64,000 nucleotides of DNA, taken from positions 12,252 to 76,251 of IMG/VR virus record IMGVR_UViG_3300011989_000011. One strand, written 5' to 3'. Shown here piece after piece: positions 27,340-35,962 of the stretch. The DNA is from a virus. Taxonomy: Duplodnaviria > Caudoviricetes. The notes under the pieces are model-generated. The model did not search any database and had not been told where the DNA came from. It saw only the letters and a program-made list of their open reading frames with translations. Numbering within the stretch: position 1 is the stretch's first letter; each line of letters starts with the position of its first letter. A program made the translations under genes and the position numbers.

Positions 27340-28051
27340 ATGGAAATATGCCAAGGTCGATATTAATCTTATCGACAATGCAGAGTTGAACGCCAACGAA
27401 ATGACTGATGAAGATTACGCTCAGTTGCGTGACAACATCAGTAAGTCCGGCCTTAGCAGTGTGCCTGCTTGCTATAAGAAAGCTAATGGTCGCTATGTGA
27501 TGATTAGCGGTCACCATAGGTTGGCAGCGTGCAAGGAACTCCACTACAAGACTATTGGCATTTTGTGGTGTTGGGAGAGTGAAATGACCCAAGACGAGAT
27601 TATCGCTACGCAGCTATCCCATAACTCGCTTCACGGCCATGACAATCAGAGCATCTTGAAGAAGTTGTTTGAGCAAATCCATTCAGTAGACTACAAGCAG
27701 TTTGCCCACGTAAACATGGATGAGATAAAACCTGTCAGCACGGATGGTATTAGTGTCTTCGCCATGAAAGAGAATTTCGTCTTCACGGTTATCCTCTACC
27801 CCGATTCATTCGAGAGTTTGGATGAGTTGTTTGGAGACATCAGAGAGCAAGCAAAGAAAAGCGATGCCCTTATCCTTGCAAGTGAGGAGGACAATGAAAA
27901 GAACCTCCTTAAACTGCAAACGGAGATAGGCAAGGAGTATGATATCAAATCTCCAAGCATCACATTCGCCAAGTTGTTGGAGTTGGCAAAGGAACGTTTA
28001 ATCGAATTAAGAGACAAGAAAGATGATTTGGATAATAATGACAAAAAGTGA
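27323..28051 (+). CDS. ParB/Srx-like domain protein
   Basis: NAELNANEM..LRDNISKSG..YVMISGHHRLAACKELH. Confidence 0.85.
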   Translation: MGTEDRWKYAKVDINLIDNAELNANEMTDEDYAQLRDNISKSGLSSVPACYKKANGRYVMISGHHRLAACKELHYKTIGILWCWESEMTQDEIIATQLSHNSLHGHDNQSILKKLFEQIHSVDYKQFAHVNMDEIKPVSTDGISVFAMKENFVFTVILYPDSFESLDELFGDIREQAKKSDALILASEEDNEKNLLKLQTEIGKEYDIKSPSITFAKLLELAKERLIELRDKKDDLDNNDKK

Positions 28052-28901
28052 TAAGGAGACTTACATCCTCCCTCACAAAGCAATACAGATAACAGAAGCT
28101 CTTGGGAAGAATAATCTGAAAGTCGTTTCAGTAAATAATGGTAACGAGGTTTATATGCTCGGTATCAAGAAAGATGATATTGTTATCTCAGAGACACGTA
28201 ACGAAGGGGTCAATTTTGCTATTACTGAGATTTGCCGAGCTAACACTGTAGAAAGTAAAGAGACTATTCGCTTAACTAAGGATAAAGAGGCTGTTAAGCC
28301 TCTGCTTGCTGATGCTAACATACCTTATCCAAAATCTTATAGATACGATGAAGCAGAGGAAGGACATTGTTATTTCGTCAAGCCGAAGTTTGGTGAAGAT
28401 AGCAATATGATAGATGAAAGTTCGATCTGCCATAATGCTCGAGAAGTCCGCATAAAGTATCGTAAGTTAGTATCAGCAGGATGTAAGCCTATAATAGAAG
28501 ACTACATTTACGGAGACGATTATACTGTAGCAGTAGCCAAATGCAATGATTTGTTATGCTTTCCTATCAAGGTAAATCTTCTGCATAGCTCCATAATGAC
28601 ACATAAGGCCAAGTGGGATGAAGATGAGTTCTGCGAAGTTCCAGATTGTGGCGAGTTCGAAGAATTGAAACGATTAACTGCAAAGGCTTTCGATGCCGTT
28701 GGATGTAAACATTACATGAGGATAGATTTTCGCAAGGGTAATGATGGTAAGTTCTATCTGATAGACCTCAATCTGTTCCCCGGTCTTGGTCCAACAGACC
28801 ATTTTGCAAAGTGTTTAGCTCTCAATGGCGATTTGAGCTACAAGCAGATATTGAATACTATTATATACACTACGGGAGGAAATCTATATGGGTTGCGTTA
28901 A
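28038..28901 (+). CDS. ATP-grasp ligase (D-Ala-D-Ala ligase/RimK-like)
   Basis: TKDKEAVK..IPYP, FVKPKFGEDS, IIEDYI.G.DYTV, RIDFR, LIDLNLFPGL. Confidence 0.88.
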   Translation: MTKSDKETYILPHKAIQITEALGKNNLKVVSVNNGNEVYMLGIKKDDIVISETRNEGVNFAITEICRANTVESKETIRLTKDKEAVKPLLADANIPYPKSYRYDEAEEGHCYFVKPKFGEDSNMIDESSICHNAREVRIKYRKLVSAGCKPIIEDYIYGDDYTVAVAKCNDLLCFPIKVNLLHSSIMTHKAKWDEDEFCEVPDCGEFEELKRLTAKAFDAVGCKHYMRIDFRKGNDGKFYLIDLNLFPGLGPTDHFAKCLALNGDLSYKQILNTIIYTTGGNLYGLR

Positions 28902-29247
28902 CAGAACAAAGAAAATCACCAACGAGGAGATTGCCACAATGTACGAGAAGAAAGGTGGCAATGTCTCAGCTACGTGTACTGCCTTGGGAATGGATCGCAA
29001 AACATTCTATAACCGCAAGGAGAAGAATAAAGCACTCAGAGACAAGATTAACGAGACGGATGAGAGCCTTATCGACTTTGCGGAGTCAAAGCTGATGGAA
29101 CACATCAATGATGGCGATGTAACATCACTGATATTCTTCCTAAAGACCAAAGGTAAGAAACGTGGATATGTTGAAAGGGTCGAGAACGAGATTAGTGGAA
29201 ACGCTTTCGAGAACCTTATGAAAGAGGTTACGGGTGAGGATAGTTAA
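28888..29247 (+). CDS. terS: Terminase small subunit (HTH)
   Basis: GNVSATCTALGMDRKTFY..DFAESKL..IFFLKTKGKKRGY, directly before TerL. Confidence 0.8.
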   Translation: MGCVNRTKKITNEEIATMYEKKGGNVSATCTALGMDRKTFYNRKEKNKALRDKINETDESLIDFAESKLMEHINDGDVTSLIFFLKTKGKKRGYVERVENEISGNAFENLMKEVTGEDS

Positions 29248-29270
29248 TCCTCAACTTCTACAATTATAAA

Positions 29271-30785
29271 ATGTCGAGCGTAGCAGTAAAGAACAAAATG
29301 CGTGAATGGCGTAATGATTGGAATCTGTTTATCAAGGAGGTCCTAAAGGCTGACCTTGACAAGGAGCAGAAAGCTATTGTTGATGCCGTTCAGCATAATA
29401 AGATGGTAGCAGTAGCTTCGGGAACCGCACGGGGAAAAGACTTCGTAGCGGCTTGCTGTGCTATGTGCTTTCTCTATCTCACTCCTACATTCGACAAGGA
29501 AGGTAATTTGGTAGGCAATACCAAGGTTGCCATGACAGCCCCAACAGATCGACAGGTGGGTAACATCATGGTGCCGGAGATTCGAAGACTTTTCAAGCAC
29601 GCAAAGGTACTGCCCGGCCGTTTCGTTGCTCATGACATAAGAACTGATTACGAAGAATGGTTCTTGACGGGTTTCAAGGCAGGTGATGATAACACTGAGG
29701 CATGGTCGGGTTTCCATGCAGTGAACACCATGTTCGTAGTAACGGAGGCATCGGGTATCAGTGAGACGGTGTACAATGCTATCGAAGGTAACTTGCAAGG
29801 TAACTCACGAATATTGTTAGTATTCAACCCTAACATCAATATGGGTTACGCTGCAAGGGCAATGACACAAGCACGTTTCAAGCATTTCAGACTTAACTCC
29901 CTCGATGCGGAGAATGTCGTGGAGAAGCGTATCGTGCACCCCGGCCAAGTAGACTATGACTGGGTGAAAGATAAGGTTGAGAACTGGTGTGAGCCTATCC
30001 AACAATCAGACTTCGATGAAGGGTTGGGAGATTTTACTTGGGAGGGTAAGACCTATCGCCCTAATGATCTGTTTCGTGTCAAGGTGTTGGGATTGTTCCC
30101 GAAGGTCAGCGAAGACGTACTCATCCCCTACGAATGGATCGAGCGTGCCAACCTACGATGGAAGCAAAAGGTCGAAAGCGGTTACAAGCCAAGGACACAA
30201 GCACTCGTTGGTATGGATGTGGCAGGTATGGGTAGAGATTCATCAGTTCTCTGTCCACGCTATCGTAACTTTGTTTCCAAGTTCGATGTTCATCAGTCGG
30301 GAGGTAAGGCAGACCACATGCACGTAGCCGGAATGGGTGCCAACTATCTCCGTGCTCACAAGAAGACGTTGTTGTTCATTGATACCATAGGCGAGGGTGC
30401 AGGTGTCTACTCACGATTGGAAGAGTTAGGATTCGATGAAAGAATATACTCAGCCAAGAATAGTGAGAGTGCTAAGGGTCTTCACGATGTCACGGGAGAA
30501 TACACCTTTGCTAACATGAGGGCTTATCTGATGTGGTGTGTTAGGGATTGGCTCAACCCTAAGAACGGCTTCAACGCTTGCCTCCCACCATGCGATCAGT
30601 TTGCAGAGGAAGCCACATCTACCAAGTGGAAGTTCCTCAGTAGTGGTAGTATCATCATAGAGCCAAAGGAAGATATTAAGGCAAAGATAGGTCGCTCGCC
30701 GGACTATATGGATGCGTTGGCTTACACGTTCTATCCTAACTACAATAATTTGGATGCGAAAGCCATTTTGAATAAAGTGTTATAG
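29271..30785 (+). CDS. terL: Terminase large subunit
   Basis: Walker A-like VASGTARGKD; Walker B-like FVVTEASG; nuclease GMDVAGMGRD..RSPDYMDAL. Confidence 0.93.
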   Translation: MSSVAVKNKMREWRNDWNLFIKEVLKADLDKEQKAIVDAVQHNKMVAVASGTARGKDFVAACCAMCFLYLTPTFDKEGNLVGNTKVAMTAPTDRQVGNIMVPEIRRLFKHAKVLPGRFVAHDIRTDYEEWFLTGFKAGDDNTEAWSGFHAVNTMFVVTEASGISETVYNAIEGNLQGNSRILLVFNPNINMGYAARAMTQARFKHFRLNSLDAENVVEKRIVHPGQVDYDWVKDKVENWCEPIQQSDFDEGLGDFTWEGKTYRPNDLFRVKVLGLFPKVSEDVLIPYEWIERANLRWKQKVESGYKPRTQALVGMDVAGMGRDSSVLCPRYRNFVSKFDVHQSGGKADHMHVAGMGANYLRAHKKTLLFIDTIGEGAGVYSRLEELGFDERIYSAKNSESAKGLHDVTGEYTFANMRAYLMWCVRDWLNPKNGFNACLPPCDQFAEEATSTKWKFLSSGSIIIEPKEDIKAKIGRSPDYMDALAYTFYPNYNNLDAKAILNKVL

Positions 30786-30815
30786 TTAATTAGGTTAAGA
30801 AAGTTAGTAAAACGT

Positions 30816-30845
30816 TTGTAATTTGAAAGATTTTGATTATCTTTG
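30816..30845 (+). promoter_or_regulatory. Canonical Bacteroidales promoter with no protein-sized ORF downstream
   Basis: TTTG 30816 and TATCTTTG 30838-30845. Confidence 0.7.
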
Positions 30846-30849
30846 CAAC

Positions 30850-30986
30850 GTTTCTTAATTACAAGGCCGATGGCACTCATTGCTCGCCAAGGCTGAGTAA
30901 TTCTCTTTGTGCGTTCGCCCGTGACGGGTAGACGCACATTTTGTTTATGGGTAAAATAAAAGCCCAACCGATTGGTTGAGCCTTTT
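30850..30986 (+). ncRNA. Candidate antisense sRNA (~135 nt)
   Basis: Own promoter; 5' GTTTCTTAATTACA and internal CATTGCTC complement early-gene leaders; hairpin 30908-30938; terminator-like stem 30957-30986. Confidence 0.55.
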
Positions 30987-30987
30987 C

Positions 30988-31464
30988 TTATTGTAGTGCT
31001 TCTGATTTCCTTTGTTCGTAGAGAACCTTTGCAGAATACTTGCCTACGTTCTCGAAGCTATCGTAATACTCCCCATTCTTCTTGAATAGTATGTTGAAGA
31101 AATGCTCCTTATTGTTTGGGAAGGTAAACTCCACTACGGTAGCATTGCAGTTGGCATCATCGGTGCCGAACCCCTCCACCAACACATCAAAGGCATTGAC
31201 GGAGTTGATCGCATCAGTTATCTTTCTCAGTGAAGTGCTTGCCCACGCTATGACATTCTGACTATTGGTGTCAAGCATCGGGTTATACGCTTTGATGTTC
31301 TTTGTCTTCACGATGGTGATGGTCGGGACCTTGCTTCCTCTGTCTATCTGCTGCTGAAAATACACATGGTTAAGATACTCCACAACCTTTGCGTTATCAT
31401 TGCCACACGAGGCGAATAACAACACCACAAGCGAATAAAAAGCGAAAGCCAATAACTTCTTCAT
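30988..31464 (-). CDS. Lipoprotein moron on the opposite strand
   Basis: MKKLLAFAFYSLVVLLFASC lipobox. Confidence 0.75.
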   Translation of the reverse strand: MKKLLAFAFYSLVVLLFASCGNDNAKVVEYLNHVYFQQQIDRGSKVPTITIVKTKNIKAYNPMLDTNSQNVIAWASTSLRKITDAINSVNAFDVLVEGFGTDDANCNATVVEFTFPNNKEHFFNILFKKNGEYYDSFENVGKYSAKVLYEQRKSEALQ

Positions 31465-31550
31465 AGGAATAATTTTAGCGCAAATATAAGCAATTCTACG
31501 GCTCCTAAAGATTTCTATTCGTTAAACAATATTAAAAGTGAAATTAGGTG

Positions 31551-31581
31551 TTTGTTACTCAAACATTTTTAAGTAAATTTG
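31551..31581 (+). promoter_or_regulatory. Promoter of the late head/tail operon
   Basis: TTTG 31551, 19 nt, TAAATTTG 31574. Confidence 0.75.
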
Positions 31582-31589
31582 CGCAAGAA

Positions 31590-31741
31590 AGCGTGTGAAG
31601 ATGCACGCAACAGAACTAATCGTAAACTTCATTGCTCTTAACATGAGAAGTGGTTCTACTCGATGATGGTCTGCTTGCGTCATGTACGCTCGCAGACCAT
31701 TTTATTTATTGTTTTATTAATCTAAAGCTAAGAGTAATGAA
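31590..31741 (+). promoter_or_regulatory. Structured 5' leader able to sequester the scaffold start codon
   Basis: TTCATTGCTCTTA 31628-31640 pairs with TAAGAGTAATGAA 31729-31741; hairpins 31591-31608 and 31666-31700. Confidence 0.6.
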
Positions 31742-32537
31742 CAAGTATCTTACAAAGGTCTTGAATGCTCTGAAACCGAAGGTGAAGGCATACGGGTTCA
31801 GACGTAAGGAGTTAGAGAGTGCCGCCGCTACCATTGCCGACAATCTCGATCTCGCAGATGATGCCTCAGAGGAAGACGTGGCGAGTGCCATTGATGAAGC
31901 TATTGATGCGGCAATCCCATTCTTCAAACTTGCTCAGAAATCAGCCAATCGTTCAATCAAGAAGTTCAAAGACGAGTGGAAGGCCAACCACGAGGATGAG
32001 GACGAGGACGAAGACGATGAGGATGATGAGGATGATGACGATGAGAATGACGAGGACGATGAGCCCGCTCAGAAGCCCAACAGACAGTCTCGCAAATCAT
32101 CCAAGGCGAACAAAAAGAGCAAGAGTTCCAAATCAAACGATGATGGCGATTCAGAACTGAAATCACTGCTGAAGTCTCTCAACGACAAGTTGGATTCCCA
32201 AGCAAGTGAGATTAAGGCATTGAAAGCAGGTAAGACTGCTGACAAACGTCTCGCCAAGATCAGCAAGCTCGTTGAAAACACGGGTAGTTTTGGTAAGCGC
32301 ACCCTCCGTGCATTCAAGAAAATGCAATTTGAAGATGATGATGATTTCCAAGACTATCTCGATGAGGTCAAAGAGGATTTGGATGAGCTGAACCAAGAGC
32401 GTGCAAACGCAGGATTGGAGAAGCTCGGAACACCGCCTGCAGCACCAAAGACCAACAAAAAGGGCGATGGTGATGAAGACGACAAAGAGAACGTCATGAG
32501 TGATGAGGAAATCGAAAAGTTCGCAGAAGACTTCTAA
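31737..32537 (+). CDS. Capsid scaffolding-like protein with a long Asp/Glu tract
   Basis: Start MNKYL at 31737; acidic tract ~31995-32060; lies before the decoration and capsid genes. Confidence 0.7.
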   Translation: MNKYLTKVLNALKPKVKAYGFRRKELESAAATIADNLDLADDASEEDVASAIDEAIDAAIPFFKLAQKSANRSIKKFKDEWKANHEDEDEDEDDEDDEDDDDENDEDDEPAQKPNRQSRKSSKANKKSKSSKSNDDGDSELKSLLKSLNDKLDSQASEIKALKAGKTADKRLAKISKLVENTGSFGKRTLRAFKKMQFEDDDDFQDYLDEVKEDLDELNQERANAGLEKLGTPPAAPKTNKKGDGDEDDKENVMSDEEIEKFAEDF

Positions 32538-32564
32538 CCGCTCCAAATCAAAAATCACTAACAA

Positions 32565-32975
32565 ATGAGTAAGATTGATATTACCGCAATCGAGAACTTC
32601 GGTTTTGAGAATGACCCTATAGTCATTCGTCAGCAAGGCCGTGGCATCATCGGTGGTCGTCTGCTTGACCTTGACAACTACTCCCCCGAGTATGTTCGTG
32701 TAGGTCAAGTTATCATCCGTGATGAGGAAAACGAGGTGTCAAAGCCTTGGCCCGTCAAGGTGGCTACAGACGGTACGCTGTCTTATGATGCACTGCCCGA
32801 GGGTTACAAGGTAGAGGGTGTAAGCCTCCGTACTATCCTTGTCTCAGACCCCGAAATGGTAGGTGTCATGTACGAGGGCGAGGTCAACGATGTTGCCTCT
32901 CCTATCCCTTTGACTGACACAGTATTAACTGCGATTAAGGCTTCATGCCCTAATCTTACTTTCAAACACGACTAA
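32565..32975 (+). CDS. Head decoration/stabilising protein
   Basis: 136 aa, GIIGGRLLD..VGQVII; between scaffold and capsid. Confidence 0.65.
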   Translation: MSKIDITAIENFGFENDPIVIRQQGRGIIGGRLLDLDNYSPEYVRVGQVIIRDEENEVSKPWPVKVATDGTLSYDALPEGYKVEGVSLRTILVSDPEMVGVMYEGEVNDVASPIPLTDTVLTAIKASCPNLTFKHD

Positions 32976-32989
32976 AGGAGGAGTAAGTT

Positions 32990-34306
32990 ATGGCAGACAA
33001 AAGAAAATCATTATTTCAGAAGTACGTTCAACGTTTCTTCCCGAAGCTCCAAACGCTGATCGAGAAGATTAACGGCAAGCGTACCAATCCGCTGACCTAT
33101 CTGTATAAGGATACATCCATTCTTAACAAGGTCTATGCGCAGGATAACAAGTGGGAAGCAACATCAGTCAACACGACCTACGTTGCAGCAGACTTCGTGG
33201 CTCTTGATTCCAAGCTGCCTATCAAGTCTCGCCCGACACTCTCTACGGGCAATGGTAAGTTGCCTAAGTCCGGTTCCAGCCGTGTGCTTCGTGAGAGTGA
33301 GATTACCACCCTCCAAGTCATGGAGGCACAAGGTGGCAATTCAGAGCGTATCGCCAAGCGTCTTGCTGACGATGCCGTTGCTTGCGATGTCGGTCTTGAC
33401 GAGTTGATGGAGTATGCTTTCCTCAGTGGCTTCTCCAATGGTTACGTGGCACTGCCCGATAGCGACCATGAGAATCAGATGCTCCGTTTGAACTACGGCT
33501 ATTTTGATTCCCACACCTACGCTTTGAAGGACAACGAGCAGATTACCACTGCCGACCTCGTTCGTGTCATTGAGAACGCCAACGATGAGCAGGATACCGT
33601 TCAGACGATTTGGATTTCCAAGTCTAAGTTCAATGAGCTTCGCAAGGCCCGTGACTCACGAGAGTTGGTTGCATCTGCAAAGTCTATGACTTACACCGCA
33701 GATACAGAGTTGCCTATTCCTAACTCAAAGGCTTATCAAGAGGCTTTCACTGACGAGTACAACGCCAACTTCAAGATTATAGACCGTACAGTTGTCTTCG
33801 AGCACAACGGCTCAAAGAAGAAGGTCAAGCCTTGGAACGACAATCGTGTTATCTTCGCTTGCAATACGCAGGTGGGTAGCTTTGTCTACGGTCAGCTTGC
33901 CGAGAATACCAACCGAGTTAATGGTGTCGACTATAAGTTGATTGACGACTTCAAACTCATTTCTAAGTATTCAACAACCGATCCGTTGACGGAGAAGACT
34001 TCGGGTCAGTGTATCGCTGCTCCTATCATCGAGGACGTAGATCAGCTTTATATCCTTGACTGCTCGCTCACATCCGCAAAGGTTGATGAGACCGCAGAGG
34101 CAAAGGATACCACTGACGTGAAGATTACCTACAACGGCAAGACCTATGACAAGGCTAAGTTCGTAGCTGCCCTTAACTCCATCACGGGTGGTAAGCAGAC
34201 GGTGAAGACTACCGATGCCAAGGTTCTTGACAAGGTTAACGAACTGAGCGAGGAGCAAGTGGCAGACCTTGAAACCGCAATCGCAAGTGCCGTTGTAACG
34301 GCTTAA
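32990..34306 (+). CDS. Major capsid protein
   Basis: 438 aa; VAADFVALDSKLPIKSR..GKLPKSG; FLSGFSNG; position. Confidence 0.8.
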   Translation: MADKRKSLFQKYVQRFFPKLQTLIEKINGKRTNPLTYLYKDTSILNKVYAQDNKWEATSVNTTYVAADFVALDSKLPIKSRPTLSTGNGKLPKSGSSRVLRESEITTLQVMEAQGGNSERIAKRLADDAVACDVGLDELMEYAFLSGFSNGYVALPDSDHENQMLRLNYGYFDSHTYALKDNEQITTADLVRVIENANDEQDTVQTIWISKSKFNELRKARDSRELVASAKSMTYTADTELPIPNSKAYQEAFTDEYNANFKIIDRTVVFEHNGSKKKVKPWNDNRVIFACNTQVGSFVYGQLAENTNRVNGVDYKLIDDFKLISKYSTTDPLTEKTSGQCIAAPIIEDVDQLYILDCSLTSAKVDETAEAKDTTDVKITYNGKTYDKAKFVAALNSITGGKQTVKTTDAKVLDKVNELSEEQVADLETAIASAVVTA

Positions 34307-34317
34307 TTTGAAGTGTT

Positions 34318-34680
34318 ATGAAGACAGTCAAGCAAGCAATCATAGACGAAATCTACTACCCCATTAGCGAGGGGTTGGTTGATAACAAGCTGATAGAGCG
34401 AGGACTTAATGGCGATGAGGAATACACCTTAGATGTCTTCAAGTCTGCGAGCTATAAGGGTTGCTTGGCTGACTGCCTTTACTCTCTCATTCAAGCTATC
34501 AACGTTTCAGAATCTGATAAGAGCATAGGTACATTATCAGACGAGCAACGAAAGCTGATACTACGCAGAGCCAATGCCCTCTACAAATCCATTGGTGAAG
34601 ACGAGAAGGACGATGGCGAGCCAACAGTTGAAATAGTTTCTCTAAAACGCATTCGCAGACCATGGCGACCATTACGCTAA
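34318..34680 (+). CDS. Head-tail connector (DUF6706-like)
   Basis: CLADCLYSL..NVSESDKSI..ANALYKSIGE. Confidence 0.65.
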   Translation: MKTVKQAIIDEIYYPISEGLVDNKLIERGLNGDEEYTLDVFKSASYKGCLADCLYSLIQAINVSESDKSIGTLSDEQRKLILRRANALYKSIGEDEKDDGEPTVEIVSLKRIRRPWRPLR

Positions 34681-34946
34681 ATCCACACTACCTACTCATT
34701 CAGAAGAAGGGTACTGCACCCTACGAGGATGAGAATGGTGATTATGTCCCCGGCACAAGTGCTGGAGGCACAAAGCCAAAGAACACTGCAAACTTCGTGA
34801 TTTACGAGACAACAAAAATTGATGACGGCATCGTACTGGTAGCCCTCATCATGCAGGCTTATGAGATTCACGAGTCAAAGCTTGTTCTCCCGTTCTCGGA
34901 TGCAGACAAGGCGGCTCTCACCTCCCGTTTCCAGTTCGAAGATTAA
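34662..34946 (+). pseudogene. Chimeric ORF: head-closure N-terminus fused to a decoration-protein C-terminus
   Basis: PHYL..YEDENGDYVPG resembles the 35169 gene; PKNTANFVIY..SRFQFED resembles a decoration protein. Confidence 0.5.
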
Positions 34947-34969
34947 TCAACCCCTAAAAAGAAAGAATC

Positions 34970-35165
34970 ATGTTACTTACAATTCAGACATTATTCAATG
35001 ACCCCGACATAGTCTCCGCTACTATCGACCGGGTACTCTGTTTCCGAGGGCGGCATGTCCATCTCCAAGGCTGACAAGGACGATTTGTTGTATCTTGCGA
35101 ATCAGCTCTACCGGGAAATCGGAGAAGAGCCGATAAGCGAGAGACCCGTCATCAAGTTTTATTAA
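34970..35165 (+). pseudogene. Deletion scar: capsid N-terminus joined out of frame to a connector C-terminus
   Basis: MLLTIQTLFNDPDIVSATIDRV (34970-35035), then in another frame SVSEGGMSIS..ANQLYREIGE..KFY* (35037-35165). Confidence 0.55.
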
Positions 35166-35168
35166 TCC

Positions 35169-35498
35169 ATGTTGAATTTCAGACCACATAGAATCCAGCT
35201 TATTACAACCGTCCAAAGCGGAGGTACTGATGAGGACGGCGTGCCAATCCCTGACACAGAGAGTGTCGAGGAAATGCACTGTAACATCATACCTAACGGC
35301 AGAGGAGAGGTTGTGTATCTTGACGGCATCGCCATGAACTACTCCTATCACATCTACTTAGACCGGGACTGCCCCGATTTCAAGAAGGGTGATAAGGTAA
35401 GATTGTTTGGGGCGGACGGAAAAGAGATAAAAAGCGATAAGGGCTATACGGTCAAGCAATTCTTCAGATACCAGCTAAACGCACAAGTATGGGTATGA
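35169..35498 (+). CDS. Head closure/adaptor protein
   Basis: FRPHRIQL..DEDGVPI..HCNIIPN; position. Confidence 0.6.
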   Translation: MLNFRPHRIQLITTVQSGGTDEDGVPIPDTESVEEMHCNIIPNGRGEVVYLDGIAMNYSYHIYLDRDCPDFKKGDKVRLFGADGKEIKSDKGYTVKQFFRYQLNAQVWV

Positions 35499-35962
35499 AC
35501 TTGGATGGTGTCATGGAAACGCTCGCACGCTTGGACAATGCGCAGGAGGCCGTCGAGAATGCGATGGCCGAAGCCTTTGCCTATGCCGGTGAGTATGCCG
35601 TGGCAGGAATCAGGACGGGAAACATGAGCCAATGGAATGACCAGACGGGCAACCTCCGTTCATCTGTTGGCTATTCCGTGGTCAGAAAGGGACAGGTAGT
35701 AATAGAATCGGGATTTGACACCGTTATGAGAGGTTCGGATGGCTCTGAGACTGGCAAGCTTTTGTGCGAGCAGCTCGCAAGAGAATACGCCTCTCATCCC
35801 TATGCGCTCATCATCGTGGCAGGAATGGATTACGCCGTGTATGTCGAAGCCATAGAAAATAAAGTTGTCCTCGCTGGAGGGCAATTATGGTTAGAGGGCA
35901 ACATCGGCAAAATCCTGCAATCAAAAGTGGACGCGACAATCAGAAAGTTCAATAAAGCATGA
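35489..35962 (+). CDS. HK97 gp10-like neck protein
   Basis: WNDQTGNLRSSVGY, IIVAGMDYAVYVEA. Confidence 0.75.
   Translation: MGMNLDGVMETLARLDNAQEAVENAMAEAFAYAGEYAVAGIRTGNMSQWNDQTGNLRSSVGYSVVRKGQVVIESGFDTVMRGSDGSETGKLLCEQLAREYASHPYALIIVAGMDYAVYVEAIENKVVLAGGQLWLEGNIGKILQSKVDATIRKFNKA

Noticed and set aside
31650-31736. ORF-track N-terminal extension of the scaffold gene
   Set aside because: The motif-bearing start at 31737 fits better; the extension overlaps the structured leader
31990-32070. GATGAG/GACGAG repeats as a DNA-level element
   Set aside because: Explained by an Asp/Glu tract with synonymous variation
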